A stretch of DNA of 64,000 nt from Azolla caroliniana. Lineage: Eukaryota; Plantae; Polypodiophyta. The stretch covers positions 21,204,001 through 21,268,000 of the forward strand of contig JBHGNT010000009.1 of the NCBI GenBank assembly GCA_043228905.1, read 5' to 3'. The notes under the pieces are model-generated. The model saw only the letters and a program-made list of their open reading frames with translations, had not been told where the DNA came from and made no database searches. Below are positions 37,661-50,100 of the stretch, piece after piece. Each line of letters begins with the position of its first letter. Position 1 is the first letter of the stretch. A program made the position numbers and the translations under genes.

Positions 37661-40032
37661 AGGAGTGATCATGAATGTATATTTGGCTATTAAGTGTAAC
37701 TACATTCCGCTTGTAACAAATCGAGTAATATAAAATCATGTGTTTTGAATTCTTATGATTTCCCAAAAATCGTTTCTTATAAAATAACATTGGTTGTAAA
37801 GTTTGTGATATAAATTGAGAATGTATGTTTTTGAAATTCGTCTTTTTTTAGTTACTTCTAAATCACGAAAATAGTGGATTTTTAACCTTTTTCATAGTAT
37901 GTTTGAACTTGTATGATACTGGTATCAATGTGTTTTGTAAAATCATTGAAAAACCCCTAAAATTTCCCTTCTCCTTCCATTTATGCGCGATCCTTCCACT
38001 TGTGAACGCGAACGTGTTCCAGGAGGATTCCCTTGAGTTCCTTCCGCTTGAGCGGATGACATCGGGTCGTTAATTTGAGCCATTAAAGATTATTTCTGGA
38101 AAAGAAATAGGATAAGGTCAGAGAGATAGTCATAACATCATGTCGTGATGTAAACATATCATGGGCGAGCATTAATCGATATGATTATCTCACGTCAATA
38201 CCCCTCTAGACGTATGAGATGAGGTTCAAGATCAGGTTACTATGGTAACACAAAGGTGTTTTAAAAACCATGGGGGTGACAAATAAATGTCTTTCCCTAA
38301 TCTCTATATCGATTTTTTCATGGTGGCTCCCCGAGGCTCAACCATGTATGTTCGCGTCATGAATAGTTTATACACGAAAAAAAAATGTTAACAATAAACT
38401 ATGTTTCGGTGCCCACATAAGTGGTTTCGGCTCTTTAAGTCCTATTACGAGGACCCCGAGGTGCACTTAGACCTTAAGTCTAAACATGTGTTATAGTCAT
38501 ATGTATCAAGGATGTTGTATGGTCTTGGTCATATTTGAACTCGAGACCTCGAGAACAAATACATTAAACACTTGAGCCAACCAAGTAAGTTGCTCTTCTC
38601 GAATGCTTAATGTTTGATGCGTATAAGAGATATGCGAGGCAATTGATCATATATGTTTTTTTTAAAAGAACATATATGTCAAGGGTCCTTATTTCGCCCT
38701 CATTTACCAAAACTGTGTTGGTACGTTACCTAACCTCAAGTCTCGTAATTACGATGGCATACGCCAAAGTGCAACCTAATGGTCAAGCCAAATGAGCCCT
38801 TGTTTCGTAGTAGTCTCACGTGGGCCATCACATGGTCACGTCATTACGAATGCCTCTCGTAAGAACGAGCTCATGGTGGCATCGTATCCATGTAACGAGG
38901 GAGGGATGTTGGATACGTGCGTCATTGGAGCGACCTCACTTGAAGTGGGTCAAGCCCTACGTACTCAACATCATTTTGGCTATTGGCGTTTCTTTACGTA
39001 ACGAAATCGAGGTCGTCAACGGGGTTATCAACAATAAAAAAATGTTGAAAAAGGGATGGTGACAACGCCATTCTCACAAAAATGTGAGGACGGCCACCAA
39101 CATCCTTTTCCCGACCATGACAACTTTCGATATAATCATGTAATAACGAATATACACATATGTTTACTTATCACATATATACGATCAAATACGTATATAT
39201 GTGACCACATATGCCTATACTAAACATATCGTTATAGTAAATAGCCACAAATGATGTGATCGAGATACGTAATCAAGGTATATACCTCTACGCACACGAA
39301 ACATCCACAAATAAGAGATCATCGTAATACGCAATGGAGGTATTGACCTCTTACGCATACAAGACCAAACGCATATCGTTTACAACAAATCAAGGTATTA
39401 AACTCATACGCAAACGTAACATATGTTCGTGAACGTAATATGTAATTGAGGTATTAACCTCGTACGCATATGACACTCATCACATATTATTAATATGTCA
39501 AACGAGGTATTGACCTCGTGCACATATGTAAACGTTTTAGATAATCAATTAAAGACCACTACAACATCATTGCTTAATGAAAAAAATTACATATAAACTA
39601 AACACATGATTAGATGGGAGAAGAGAGAATAGAAAGAAAAATTATGGAAAGAGTTACCGAAGTTCTTTGTTGATCGTTGTCTGGATCAAGGCCAACCGCA
39701 CAACGATCGATCAACATCAATCAAAAGACAAATGAAAAACAAAGAAACATTAGTACAAAAATCTGATACCAAATATTATAGATCTAGGTACTAAAGTAAG
39801 CTTAAGATAAGGATAAAGAAATGAAAGATAGAAAGGAGAAAGAGAAAGAAGGGTGCTGATCCACCCGACCACCCCCGAGCGAAGGGATCGAGACGGACTC
39901 GAGCCTCGATCGGCGTCCCATACCACCGCCGTGGCGTCGAGTCGTACCTGGTGCAGGCGCGCTCGCTACGAGAGTTGACCCACCACAGGAGCAGAGTCTC
40001 GATGTAGTCAAAAGATGATCAAATGAGGGTAG

Positions 40033-43000
40033 TGTAGAGAAATCGATGCTCCGATTAACCTTCACCACTCGGCCACAACCGAGTAGGCGCGAATCAATAC
40101 AGCAGAAAATAGGAACCACAGAGAAAGGACACGATTGCACAGAGATTAACGTGGAAAACCCTAGACGGGAAAAACCACGGGAGTCCAAGACTCCAAACCA
40201 AAACTATGCACAGAGAAGTATACAAATGGCGAGCTGCAAGGCGACGACCTTGAGCTCGTTGTCCTCGCCACAGGCGGCGGTATTACACAGAGGCTTCAAC
40301 CTCTTCCTCTCTCACGCTCTATCTCCCTCTCTCTCACGTCTACTCTCTCTTCACTCCTCTTGAGTGGAAAAACAGAAAAATGAGTAGCAACATTAAAACT
40401 GTTTGCCCTAAGTCATATTTATACACATATGACTTTGGGGCTATTTACAACTATAGCCTCAAGGGCCCTTAGCAAACATATTCACGGATATGTCCCCGCA
40501 TCCGGATCTCTCTCCGGTACATTCGTCATCCGGCTCCGAAGCCGGGGTCTTCATCATCCGGTTCCGAAACCGAAAACCGGGCTCGTCGGCATTCATATCC
40601 GACATCCGACCATCCCATCAGAAGGGACCGTAATCCCAACAAACTCCCCCTTCACTTCGGCATGGGATGTCTCTCCAATCCGATCCTCTTCCGGCATGCT
40701 TCCAGCTTGTCGGGTGTGAGCACCTTGGTCAGCATATCCGACCCGTTCTCGTCCGTGTGGACCTTCGTCAGCACGAACTCCTTGTCTTCTATCCTTTCGC
40801 GGATCCAGTGATATCTTCGCTGGATGTGCTTCGTCCGGGAGTGATAGGCCGCGTTCTTCGCAAGGTGGATTGCACTCTGACTGTCGCAGTAGAGTCGGTA
40901 CTCCTCCTGCCGGATACCGAGCTCTCTAATGAAGTCCTTCATCCATATTATTTCCTTGCCGGCTTCAACAGCCGCCATGTACTCCGCCTCCGTGGTTGAC
41001 AACGCAACCGTCTTCTGCAGCCTCGACTGCCATGAAACAACTCCCCCTGCATACGTCATCACATACCCTGATGTGGACCGGCTGGTATCTGCATCAGCCG
41101 ACATATCCGAATCGGTGAAGCCGTCGAGTTCGGGCTTACCGGAGCCGAATCGGAGGCACACGTTTGCCGTGCCCTTCAGGTATCAGAGTATCCACTTGGC
41201 CGCGTTCCAATGCTCTTTGCCGGGATTGCTCATGTACCGGCTCACCACTCCGACTGCATATCCGATGTCCGGTCGGGTACACACCATTGCGTACATCAAG
41301 CTCCCGACGGCTGAGGCATACGGCACTTTCATCATATCCTCCTTTTCAGCCTTTGTCTTGGGACTTTGCTTGTTGGACAGCTTGCAGTTTGCCGGGAGGG
41401 TCGATCCGACCGGTCTTGCTTCCGACATGTTGAACCGTTTAAGCACCTTTGTCACGTACTTTTCCTGTGACAGCCACAACTGCTTCTTGCTCCGGTCCCG
41501 GATGATGTGCATCCCTAGTATTTGTCTCGCCGGACCCAGGTCCTTCATTGAGAAGGTTCGGTGAAGAGCCTTCTTCAGCATCCGTATCTTGGCCTGGTCC
41601 CGTCCGACGATCAACATGTCGTCCACGTACAGGAGGAGTATTAGAAAGTCTCCTCCTTCGAACTTCTTCACAAACACGCAGTGATCCGACTGCGTTTTGT
41701 GGTAGCCTTCGTCGGTCATGAAAGAGTCGAACTTCCGGTACCATTGCCGGGGAGCCTGCTTCAGTCCGTAGAGGCTCTTCTTCAACCGGCATACCAGGTG
41801 CTCCTTCCCTTTCTTCTCGAATCCTTCCAGTTGCTGCATGTAGATCTCTTCTTCGAGGTCGCCATGAAGGAATGCCGTCTTCACGTCCATCTGTTCTATC
41901 TCGAGGTCCATGCTTGCCGCTATGCTCAGCACTGTCCGGATGGAGGTCATCTTCACTACCGGGGCAAATATTTCGTCGAAGTCGACGCCCTTCTTCTGCT
42001 GAAACCCCTTCACCACGATCCTGGCTTTGTATCTCGGAGGGTTTCCGGCATCTCCCGGTTTCAGCTTGAACACCCACTTGTTTCGAAGTGCCCGCTTTCC
42101 TTTCGGCAACTCCACAAGTTCATATGTGTGGTTCTCATGCAGGGAATCCATCTCGTCCTGCATGGCACTCAACCACCTGCGGCTCTGGGTGTCATGCTTT
42201 GCTTCTTCAAAGCTCTCCGGCTCCCCCTCGTCGGTTAGCAACAGGTGCTCTGGTTCCGGAAATCTCCGGGGGGCCCTTCTCTCTCTTAGAGGATATCTCC
42301 GTTCCGGAGCTTCGGTAACCGGTTCTTCCGATTCTTCTTCATCCGAATCCATTTCGGGATCGGGGCCGGTTCCGGTATCATTTTCATCTTCTTCGGCCGG
42401 TTCTGTTTCTTCACCGGCTTCGGCCGGATCCTCGAGTGCTAACCGGTCCCTTGCCGGTCGGGACTGCTCCTCGTAGAGTTGATCCTCACCGGTCGTCTTG
42501 GAGCTCTTCATCTTCTTCTCCGACTCCCAGTCGGCGAGTGTCTTGTTCTCCATGAAGATGATATCTCGACTCCTGAATATCTTCTTGTCGACCGGGTCCC
42601 ATACTCGGTAGCCGAACTCGTCGTCGCCGTAGCCGAGGAATATGCATGGCCGGGTCTTTGGATCTAGCTTTCCTCTCCGGTCCTTTGCCACATGCACGTA
42701 TGCGAGACACCCGAACACCTTCAGATGCCGGTAGGATACTTCCCTACCGGTCCACACTCTCTGCGGCGTGTCTCCGTCCAAAGGTAATAAGGGTGATCGG
42801 TTTATCACATATGTCGCCGTCGACATTGCCTCAGCCCAAAACCCCTTGGGTAATTTCGCATGCGCCAGCATACTCCGGACCCTCTCCATTATGGTCCGGT
42901 TCATCCTCTCGGCCAGCCCGTTCAGTTCCGGCGTCTTCGGCACAGTAAACTCAAGCCGGATTCCCTTCGAGCGACAGTACTCCTGGAACTGCCCCCGGTA

Positions 43001-45364
43001 TTCCCCTCCGTTATCCGCTCGTATCGCTTTCAGCTTCTTGCCGGATTCTCTTTCCACTCTCGCGTGGAGTTCTTTGAAGACGGACAACACTTGGTCCTTT
43101 GTCTTCATCGGTGCCGTCCACAGTCTTCGGCTATGATCATCTATGAATCTTACGAAGTACTGGGCTCCGCCATGTGACTTCGTTTCTACCTGACACACAT
43201 CGGTGTGCACCAACTCCAATGGTGCGCTACGTCTCGTCGGTGGCCTTGAGTGGAAGGAGGTTCGGTTCTGCTTACCGGCCAGACAATCGGTGCACTTCTC
43301 CAGGTGCACATGCTTCACTGGAATAAGGTTGTCTTCTGCAAGCCTCTTCATCCCCTTCTCACTCATGTGGCACAGTCTTTTGTGCCACAGCTCACCGGCA
43401 GTGTCGGCTGCCACATTCAGCTCTTCCGGACATAACCGGGCATTCATCAGGTACAGTGTGTTGATCTTTCGGGCCCGAGCCACTATCAGGCTCCCTTTGC
43501 TGAACTTCATTACGCCGTTCCGGATGCTACCTGTGTAGCCTTCATCGTCTAGCCTCCCGGCCGAAATCAGGTTCAATCGAACCTCCGGAACGTGTCGGAC
43601 ATCCTTCAGCAGCATTTTGCATCCGGTCGGGGTTGTCAACCACACGTCTCCTATGCCGGCAATCCGGCACGTACCTTCATTTCCCATCCGAACACAGCCA
43701 CGCTCACCGGCTGTGTAGGATGAGAAGTATCTTCTTTCCGGGGTCAGGTGGAACGACGCTCCGGAATCGACCACCCAGGTCATCTCATCGCCGGCAATGT
43801 TTAGCTCACCTTCTTCGGTGATGAGCATGATTTCTTCCTCACTTGCCGCGAGTGCCGTCGTTCCTTTCCTGTCCTGCCCTCGCCGATCCGAACCATTCCG
43901 GTACGTGGCTCCCCGGTAAGCACCGTTCCGTTCCGAAGACTTCTTCGAATCGGTGTCGTCGGCTCCGTTGTCTTTTCGGTAATGCCGACAATTCTTTCGG
44001 AAGTGCCCCGGCTTCCCACAGTGGAAGCATGTGGGTCTTCCTCTTGACTGCGACCGGGTCCCCGACTTCTCCCGTCTTTGCAGACTCCGGTTCCATTCTC
44101 TTCCCCGATCCGATTCGGTAAACAACATCTTCGGATCGGAGGCCGGTTCTTTATCTCTCCGACGCGCTTCTTCGTTCAAGATACTTGTCTTCACCGTTTG
44201 TAGGGACAAGTTATCTTCAGTGCAGGAGGTGCTGAGAGTCACCACCAAGTTCTCCCAGCTTTCCGGCAATGTACACATCAGAATGATGGCTTGCATTGCA
44301 TCCTCCAGCGGGAACTTGATCGCCGCAAGCTGGTTCACGAATCCCATGAACGTGCTTACGTGTTCCACCATACTCTCGCCGTCCCGGTACTTGAGGTTCA
44401 CTATCTTCCTCATCAGGGAGGTCCGGTTCAACGCATTCTTCCTCTCGTAGAGGCCCGACAGCTTCTTCCACATCTCATATGCGTTGGTGTCATTCGCCAC
44501 ATGTTGTAGAACACTCACGTCTACGTATTGCCGAATGGTTGCAACGGCTTTCCGGTTCAGAAGCCACCATTCCGACTCAAGTACTCCCTTCGGTATTTCC
44601 GACCTGTCTATCGGTTCGTACAGGTCCCGAACAATCAGAAGATCTTCCATCTTGATCTTCCAGTCGGCGTAGTTCTGCGCATTCAGCACCATCATCCCCG
44701 GCTGCCCGCTGCCGCCGCCTTCCATTTTCTGCAACAGTCGCTCTGATACCAGTTTGTAGAGAAATCGATGCTCCGATTAACCTTCACCACTCGGCCACAA
44801 CCGAGTAGGCGCGAATCAATACAGCAGAAAATAGGAACCACAGAGAAAGGACACGATTGCACAGAGATTAACGTGGAAAACCCTAGACGGGAAAAACCAC
44901 GGGAGTCCAAGACTCCAAACCAAAACTATGCACAGAGAAGTATACAAATGGCGAGCTGCAAGGCGACGACCTTGAGCTCGTTGTCCTCGCCACAGGCGGC
45001 GGTATTACACAGAGGCTTCAACCTCTTCCTCTCTCACGCTCTATCTCCCTCTCTCTCACGTCTACTCTCTCTTCACTCCTCTTGAGTGGAAAAACAGAAA
45101 AATGAGTAGCAACATTAAAACTGTTTGCCCTAAGTCATATTTATACACATATGACTTTGGGGCTATTTACAACTATAGCCTCAAGGGCCCTTAGCAAACA
45201 TATTCACGGATATGTCCCCGCATCCGGATCTCTCTCCGGGTACATTCGTCATCCGGCTCCGAAGCCGGGGTCTTCATCATCCGGTTCCGAAACCGAAAAC
45301 CGGGCTCGTCGGCATTCATATCCGACATCCGACCATCCCATCAGAAGGGACCGTAATCCCAACA
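40033..45364 (-). mobile_element. Young Ty1/copia (Tnt1-like), full length; LTRs 40033-40641 and 44755-45364
   Basis: TSD GGTAG at 40028-40032 and 45365-45369. PBS TGGTATCAGAGC. PPT GGGGGAG. The LTRs differ only by a 1-bp indel as far as can be seen by eye. Confidence 0.96.
40652..44734 (-). pseudogene. gag-pol: Copia gag-PR-IN-RT-RNaseH polyprotein with a single in-frame TGA at 41183-41185
   Basis: CFHCGKPGHFRKNC, VDSGAS, HHCC, RADNGGEY, YVDD, FTDSD. It reads KWIL*YLKG, consistent with CGA>TGA. Confidence 0.93.
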
Positions 45365-47150
45365 GGTAGCTAGGCCTCTTATTTATAGCGATACCCAAGG
45401 CCCCCATGCAAGTTCACACTTGACCTAATGGGTTGTCTCAATCCCGAGGATTAAAAGTAATCCTCCCCTTCTTTACACTCTCGTTTAACCCTCACACTTA
45501 TCCACGTGTATAGAATACTACGGTAATTCTTACCACGGGATATTATATGGTCATGCCCGTAACACGGAGGGACCTGTCTCCCAACAGAGCCGGCAACCAA
45601 GCACGACCGGCTACGAAACCAATCGGGCGGAGACCGGACGGACAAGACTAACAATCATCGATAGCTTCGGCACATACCAGAGGATGTGCGGGTTCGGAGG
45701 GGGCGAGTGTCGTACTGTAATTCGCACACTACGTAAAAAATTGCATTTTTGGTCTCTCCGGATAGGACATGGAGTACTCGGTGAGAACCAGAAGGAGGAA
45801 CCGGTAAGGACCGGACCCGATAAGGAGAACTGGTGAGAACCGGATGAAGAAGGCCGGTGAGAGTCTCTCACCGGATGAAGAGACATATTTGTAAATAAAA
45901 GAAAGTATAAATATACATAGATTACATGCATAGGGCAAGATTCAAACCTTGCACCTCCATGTTTATAATGTAAAGCCTTACCATTACACTAACATATCAT
46001 TAGTGTTAAAAAAGTAAACGTCCCACATAGAAAGGTAAGGTCATGCTAGGATAAACTTCAGTTAGAAGAAAACGCATGATAAAAGAAAAGGCTACGCATG
46101 CACATGTAACGTGCATGAACACCATAATTGATAAAAACGCATCAAGTTAGAAAAAGTAGGATCGCTTTAGAAAAAGCATGTTAGAGAAAGCATAGAGTTT
46201 ATCTATAGAAAAAGCATGCATTGTTAAGACTCTCTTATCACTATATAAGGATGAGGAGCACAATGTAATGGATGTGGAATATTTGGAAATTGGATTTATT
46301 TCCTAAAACACCAATTAATAAAATATAATCGTGGGATTCATGAAGTATTATATAATCTATCTCTTCCAATCTATGATAAATTGTCATTAGGATTCTAAAT
46401 ATTAATAAATATGATCATCTATACTTGTGGGATTCACAAGTTTTTAATATCTCTCTTTTAATCGAAATTCATATTCTTATAATCTATTCATAACCAAACT
46501 TGTCTCAAATTCTTCTTTCTCGTAGTGCAAAACCTCAGTGGTTCCCACCCAACTCACGCAACGATTTGGTGCCGAAAGGCACGACATCGTTCACTGACAG
46601 CATCCTCAATACGGTTGCCGAACACGACTGTTATAGTTTTTCTAGACGGGTTCAGTGGTTACAATCAAATTCGTATGCACCCGAATGATCAAGAAAAGAC
46701 AACATTCGTAACGGAATGGGGTGTGTTCATAGTCGTAGTCATGATGTTTGGATTAAAAACGACACCCGCCACATTTCAACGAATCATCTCCGACTTCGAG
46801 GACTTCATTCCGGCTTTCATGCAAGTCTTCCTTGATGATTTCGCGGTGTATGGGCAGCAGTTGGAGCACCTTGCGCATTTACGATTGTGCCTTGAAAGAT
46901 GTCGGCAGGCACGACTCAACCTAAATCCGGCAAAATGTGCTTTCCACGTTACAAACAGTGCTTTACTCGGTCACATTGTCAGTCAGGATGGCATTTCCAT
47001 GGACCCTAACAAAGTTCAAGCAATCTTGAATGCGCCAGCCCCAACCACAGCCAAAGCACTTAGCTTATTTTTAGGTCAAATACGATGGCCTAGCGGTATG
47101 CTCCGATACCTCGCTGATTTCGCGACCCCCTTACACGCAGTAGTCCACAC

Positions 47151-50100
47151 TGTTAAGAGTCTATTACTAATGAATAGACCAAAGTAAAGTAAAAGAAGGA
47201 AAATAGATTGGATAGAAGAACATGTTCCACCCGACCACCCCGAGCTATGATCTAGACATAGCCAACCTACCATCGACGTCCCATACCGCCGAATATTAGG
47301 ATGACTAATACCTTGGAAGAGATAAACACGATCGTCGAGACGAAAGCCTAGCCCGCACCACCAGTGTCTAAGATAACAACCTTCTGACGTAATGTCCTTA
47401 TGAGGGTAGCTAAGCCTCATATTTATACCTTTTCCTAGGCCCCTTGAATAGATGTGCCTTTCTTAAAGGCTCTCCATTCATTGGTTGTCCAAATCATGAT
47501 AGTGCATGCACCTATCATTCCATCTATCCAATCATTAGTCCCTTCACTAATGTAAATATTAATGACCTACCCTCACCAACGTTATGTGTACATAACATAC
47601 TCCCCCACTTCAAAAGATTGCACTCTTGCAATATAAAGTGAGGAAATTGTGCCTTAAGAGTATGCTCGCGTTCCCATGTGGCATCATCAATAGGTTTATC
47701 CATCCATTTGATCTTGAATAGCCTAATCTCTTTAGAATGTAAACATTAAGTACGAGAATCAAGAATTTGTTCAGGAACATGAGGTTTGTAAGAAAAATCC
47801 TCTAATATTACAAGATCTTGGATTGTAATGGTGTTATCAGGTGTTATCACCAGAGCCTAAAAATGGTTTTAGACGACTGACGTGAAAAACAGGATGAATA
47901 CCAACGTTACGGGGTAAGGCAAGGTGATAACCAGATGACCCAACCTGCTTAAGGATTTCAAATGGGCTACAATATCGTGGGGCTAACTTAGCGCACTTGC
48001 CTGTAGACAATGACGTAGAGTCATTAGGGACACACAAAAAAAGTTTTTGACCACTAGTAAATGCACGGGGATGTTTATCTTGATTAGCATAAAATCGAGC
48101 ACGATATTGAGCCGTCCTGACATTCTCTTTGGCAATATGCAACATTTGGTTCATGTCTTGCAAAAAATTGTGTGTACTATCTAATGTATCACGATGAATC
48201 GTGACATCAACTAGGGCACATGGCTGAAAACCATACATCAACATAAAAGGACTATATCCAGTGGATGTATGTTTAGAGCTATTATAGGCAAATTCTAAGA
48301 TAGGAAGGTATTGCTCCCACTTAGAAGGGGTTTTTGCTACATAAGCTCGAAGCATGTCCTCAATAATTTGATTAACTCGTTCAGTTTGCCATCAGATTGA
48401 GGATGATTTGCGGAACTCATGCTCAACGTATTTTCTAGTTTCTTAAATACCTGAGTCTAAAAGTCACTAGTAAACTTGGAATCTCAATCACTAACAATAT
48501 CCATCGGTAATCCATAAAAGCGAAATAACTCATCAACAAATTGAATCCGCAACAAATTGAATCTGCGACAAATAACTAAGAGAATCCGCAACAATGTTCA
48601 TAGAACCCTTGTGATACCGTATGGAAAAATCAAAATCTTGCATAAGGTCGGCCCAACGGCCTTTACAACCAACAAGATCTGGCTGGTCACAAAAATACTT
48701 CAATGATTGATGGTCTATTGTAACCACAAATTTATTTCCATAAAGATAGTTCACGAATATGACGAGGAATGGGCCAAAGTTTAACCTTTTCAACGCCATT
48801 TTCCATAATTAAATGACCTAGGTACACAATAGATTTTTGGAAAAAATCACATTTTGAATGTTTTGCATAGAAAGAGTTGTCACGCAACTTTTGCAAAACA
48901 AATCGAACATGTTGAACATGATCTGGCAAGGTACGGCTATATATCAAAATATCATCCAAGAAGACGACAACAAAATCACCGAGTTGATCTCGGAAAACAT
49001 CATTCATCACTTGTTGGAATATGGCTGGAGCATTAGTCAACCCGAAAAGCGTGACTAAAAACTCATAATGGCCATAGCATGTACGAAAAGCGGTTTTAGG
49101 AATATCATCCTCGGCAATGCAAATCTGATGATAACCTGTTCGTAAGTCAATTTTCGTAAAATATCGAGCCCCATGCAAATGATCAATCAAAACATCGGCA
49201 CAAGGTAACGGATATGCTTTTTTAATTGTCATTTTATTCTTCTTAACTAATAGAGCTGGCGCACCCCAAGGTGATTTACTATACCTAATGTGGCCCATAC
49301 TCAAGTATTCCTTAAGATGTTTAGCGATCTCATCCTCTTCTAATCGACTAAGTCGGTAAGGTGGAATGCTCACAGGAGCAGCACCGGGGATGAGTTCAAT
49401 TTGATGGTCCACATTACGTTTCGGTGGTAAAGTAAGCGGCAATTCGTTAGGAAACATGTCTTGAAAATCATCTAAAATAGAGTCGAGTAATCGTTGTTCA
49501 TAATGTGGTAATGGTGTGGCGTCAATATTAAAATAATAAAATTGAAGCGCAAGATCAATTATACACGAATAAATTAATGAACCAGAATACCCACTTAAAG
49601 ATTTAGAAGACACAAGTGAACGAGAAGGAAGTTTGGAACATTGAATAAAATGTTTACAATTATTAAGTTCAAATGTGATTGAGTGATTAACCCAATCAAT
49701 GGACAAAGAAGGGTTTTTATTAAAAAACCAAGGGTATCCTAAAATGACATCTACGTATTATAGTTTCATAACATGAAAGTCAATCTTCTCCAAATAAGTA
49801 TCTATTTGAATTGGCAGTTGACAAACAATGTCACTGATGTATTGAAGGCTTCCATTTGCCATGTGAACTTGATAGATATGATCACTTGTGTTTATGTGGA
49901 GTTCCATTTGCTGCACAAAGTGATCCTTAAGAAAATTGTGAGAACTACCGGAATCAAACAAGAAATGTGTTTGTGTTCCATTGATATACCTAACTGCTCG
50001 GAGTAAATCATTAGGTCCAAGTAAATGTGAAGGAAAAGTGCATTCACATGAACTTAAGTGGTTGGTATGAACTTCAACAACATCAAAAGACTCACCTGTG

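Larger units (their letters stand above)
28536..38018. mobile_element. 9.5-kb TIR DNA transposon (Sola-like) carrying a transposase and a ParB-like/DNA methyltransferase gene
   Basis: 36-bp TIRs AACACGTTCGCGTTCACAAGTGGAAGGATYGCGCAT at 28536-28571 and 37983-38018 with one mismatch. CCAG flanks both ends (alternatively a 37-bp TIR with a CA duplication). Excision restores the host gag frame. Confidence 0.93.
23722..45564 (-). mobile_element. Ty3/gypsy chromovirus, full length; 3' LTR 23722-24176, 5' LTR 39774-40032 plus 45365-45564, tRNA-iMet PBS about 39762-39771
   Basis: TSD CGGAG at 23717-23721 and 45565-45569. PPT next to 24177. PBS TGGTATCAGA. The LTRs differ at about 4 positions by eye. 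Confidence 0.93.
23049..45586 (-). mobile_element. Copia-type solo LTR (pieces 23049-23721 and 45565-45586) split by the chromovirus insertion
   Basis: TSD GAGCC at 23044-23048 and 45587-45591; homologous to the reverse complement of 17258-17901. Confidence 0.88.
20088..46586 (+). mobile_element. Gag-only (pol-less) LTR element; LTRs 20088-20904 and 45708-46586; tRNA-Trp PBS 20909-20925
   Basis: Two long similar LTRs. PPT GGAGGGGGCGAG precedes 45708. Degenerate 4-bp TSD (CCAT/TCGT, probably ancestral CCGT) whose removal restores the host RT frame. Confidence 0.88.

Noticed and set aside
40667-44746. Numerous plus-strand and alternate-frame ORFs
   Set aside because: They are shadow ORFs of the GC-rich copia polyprotein.
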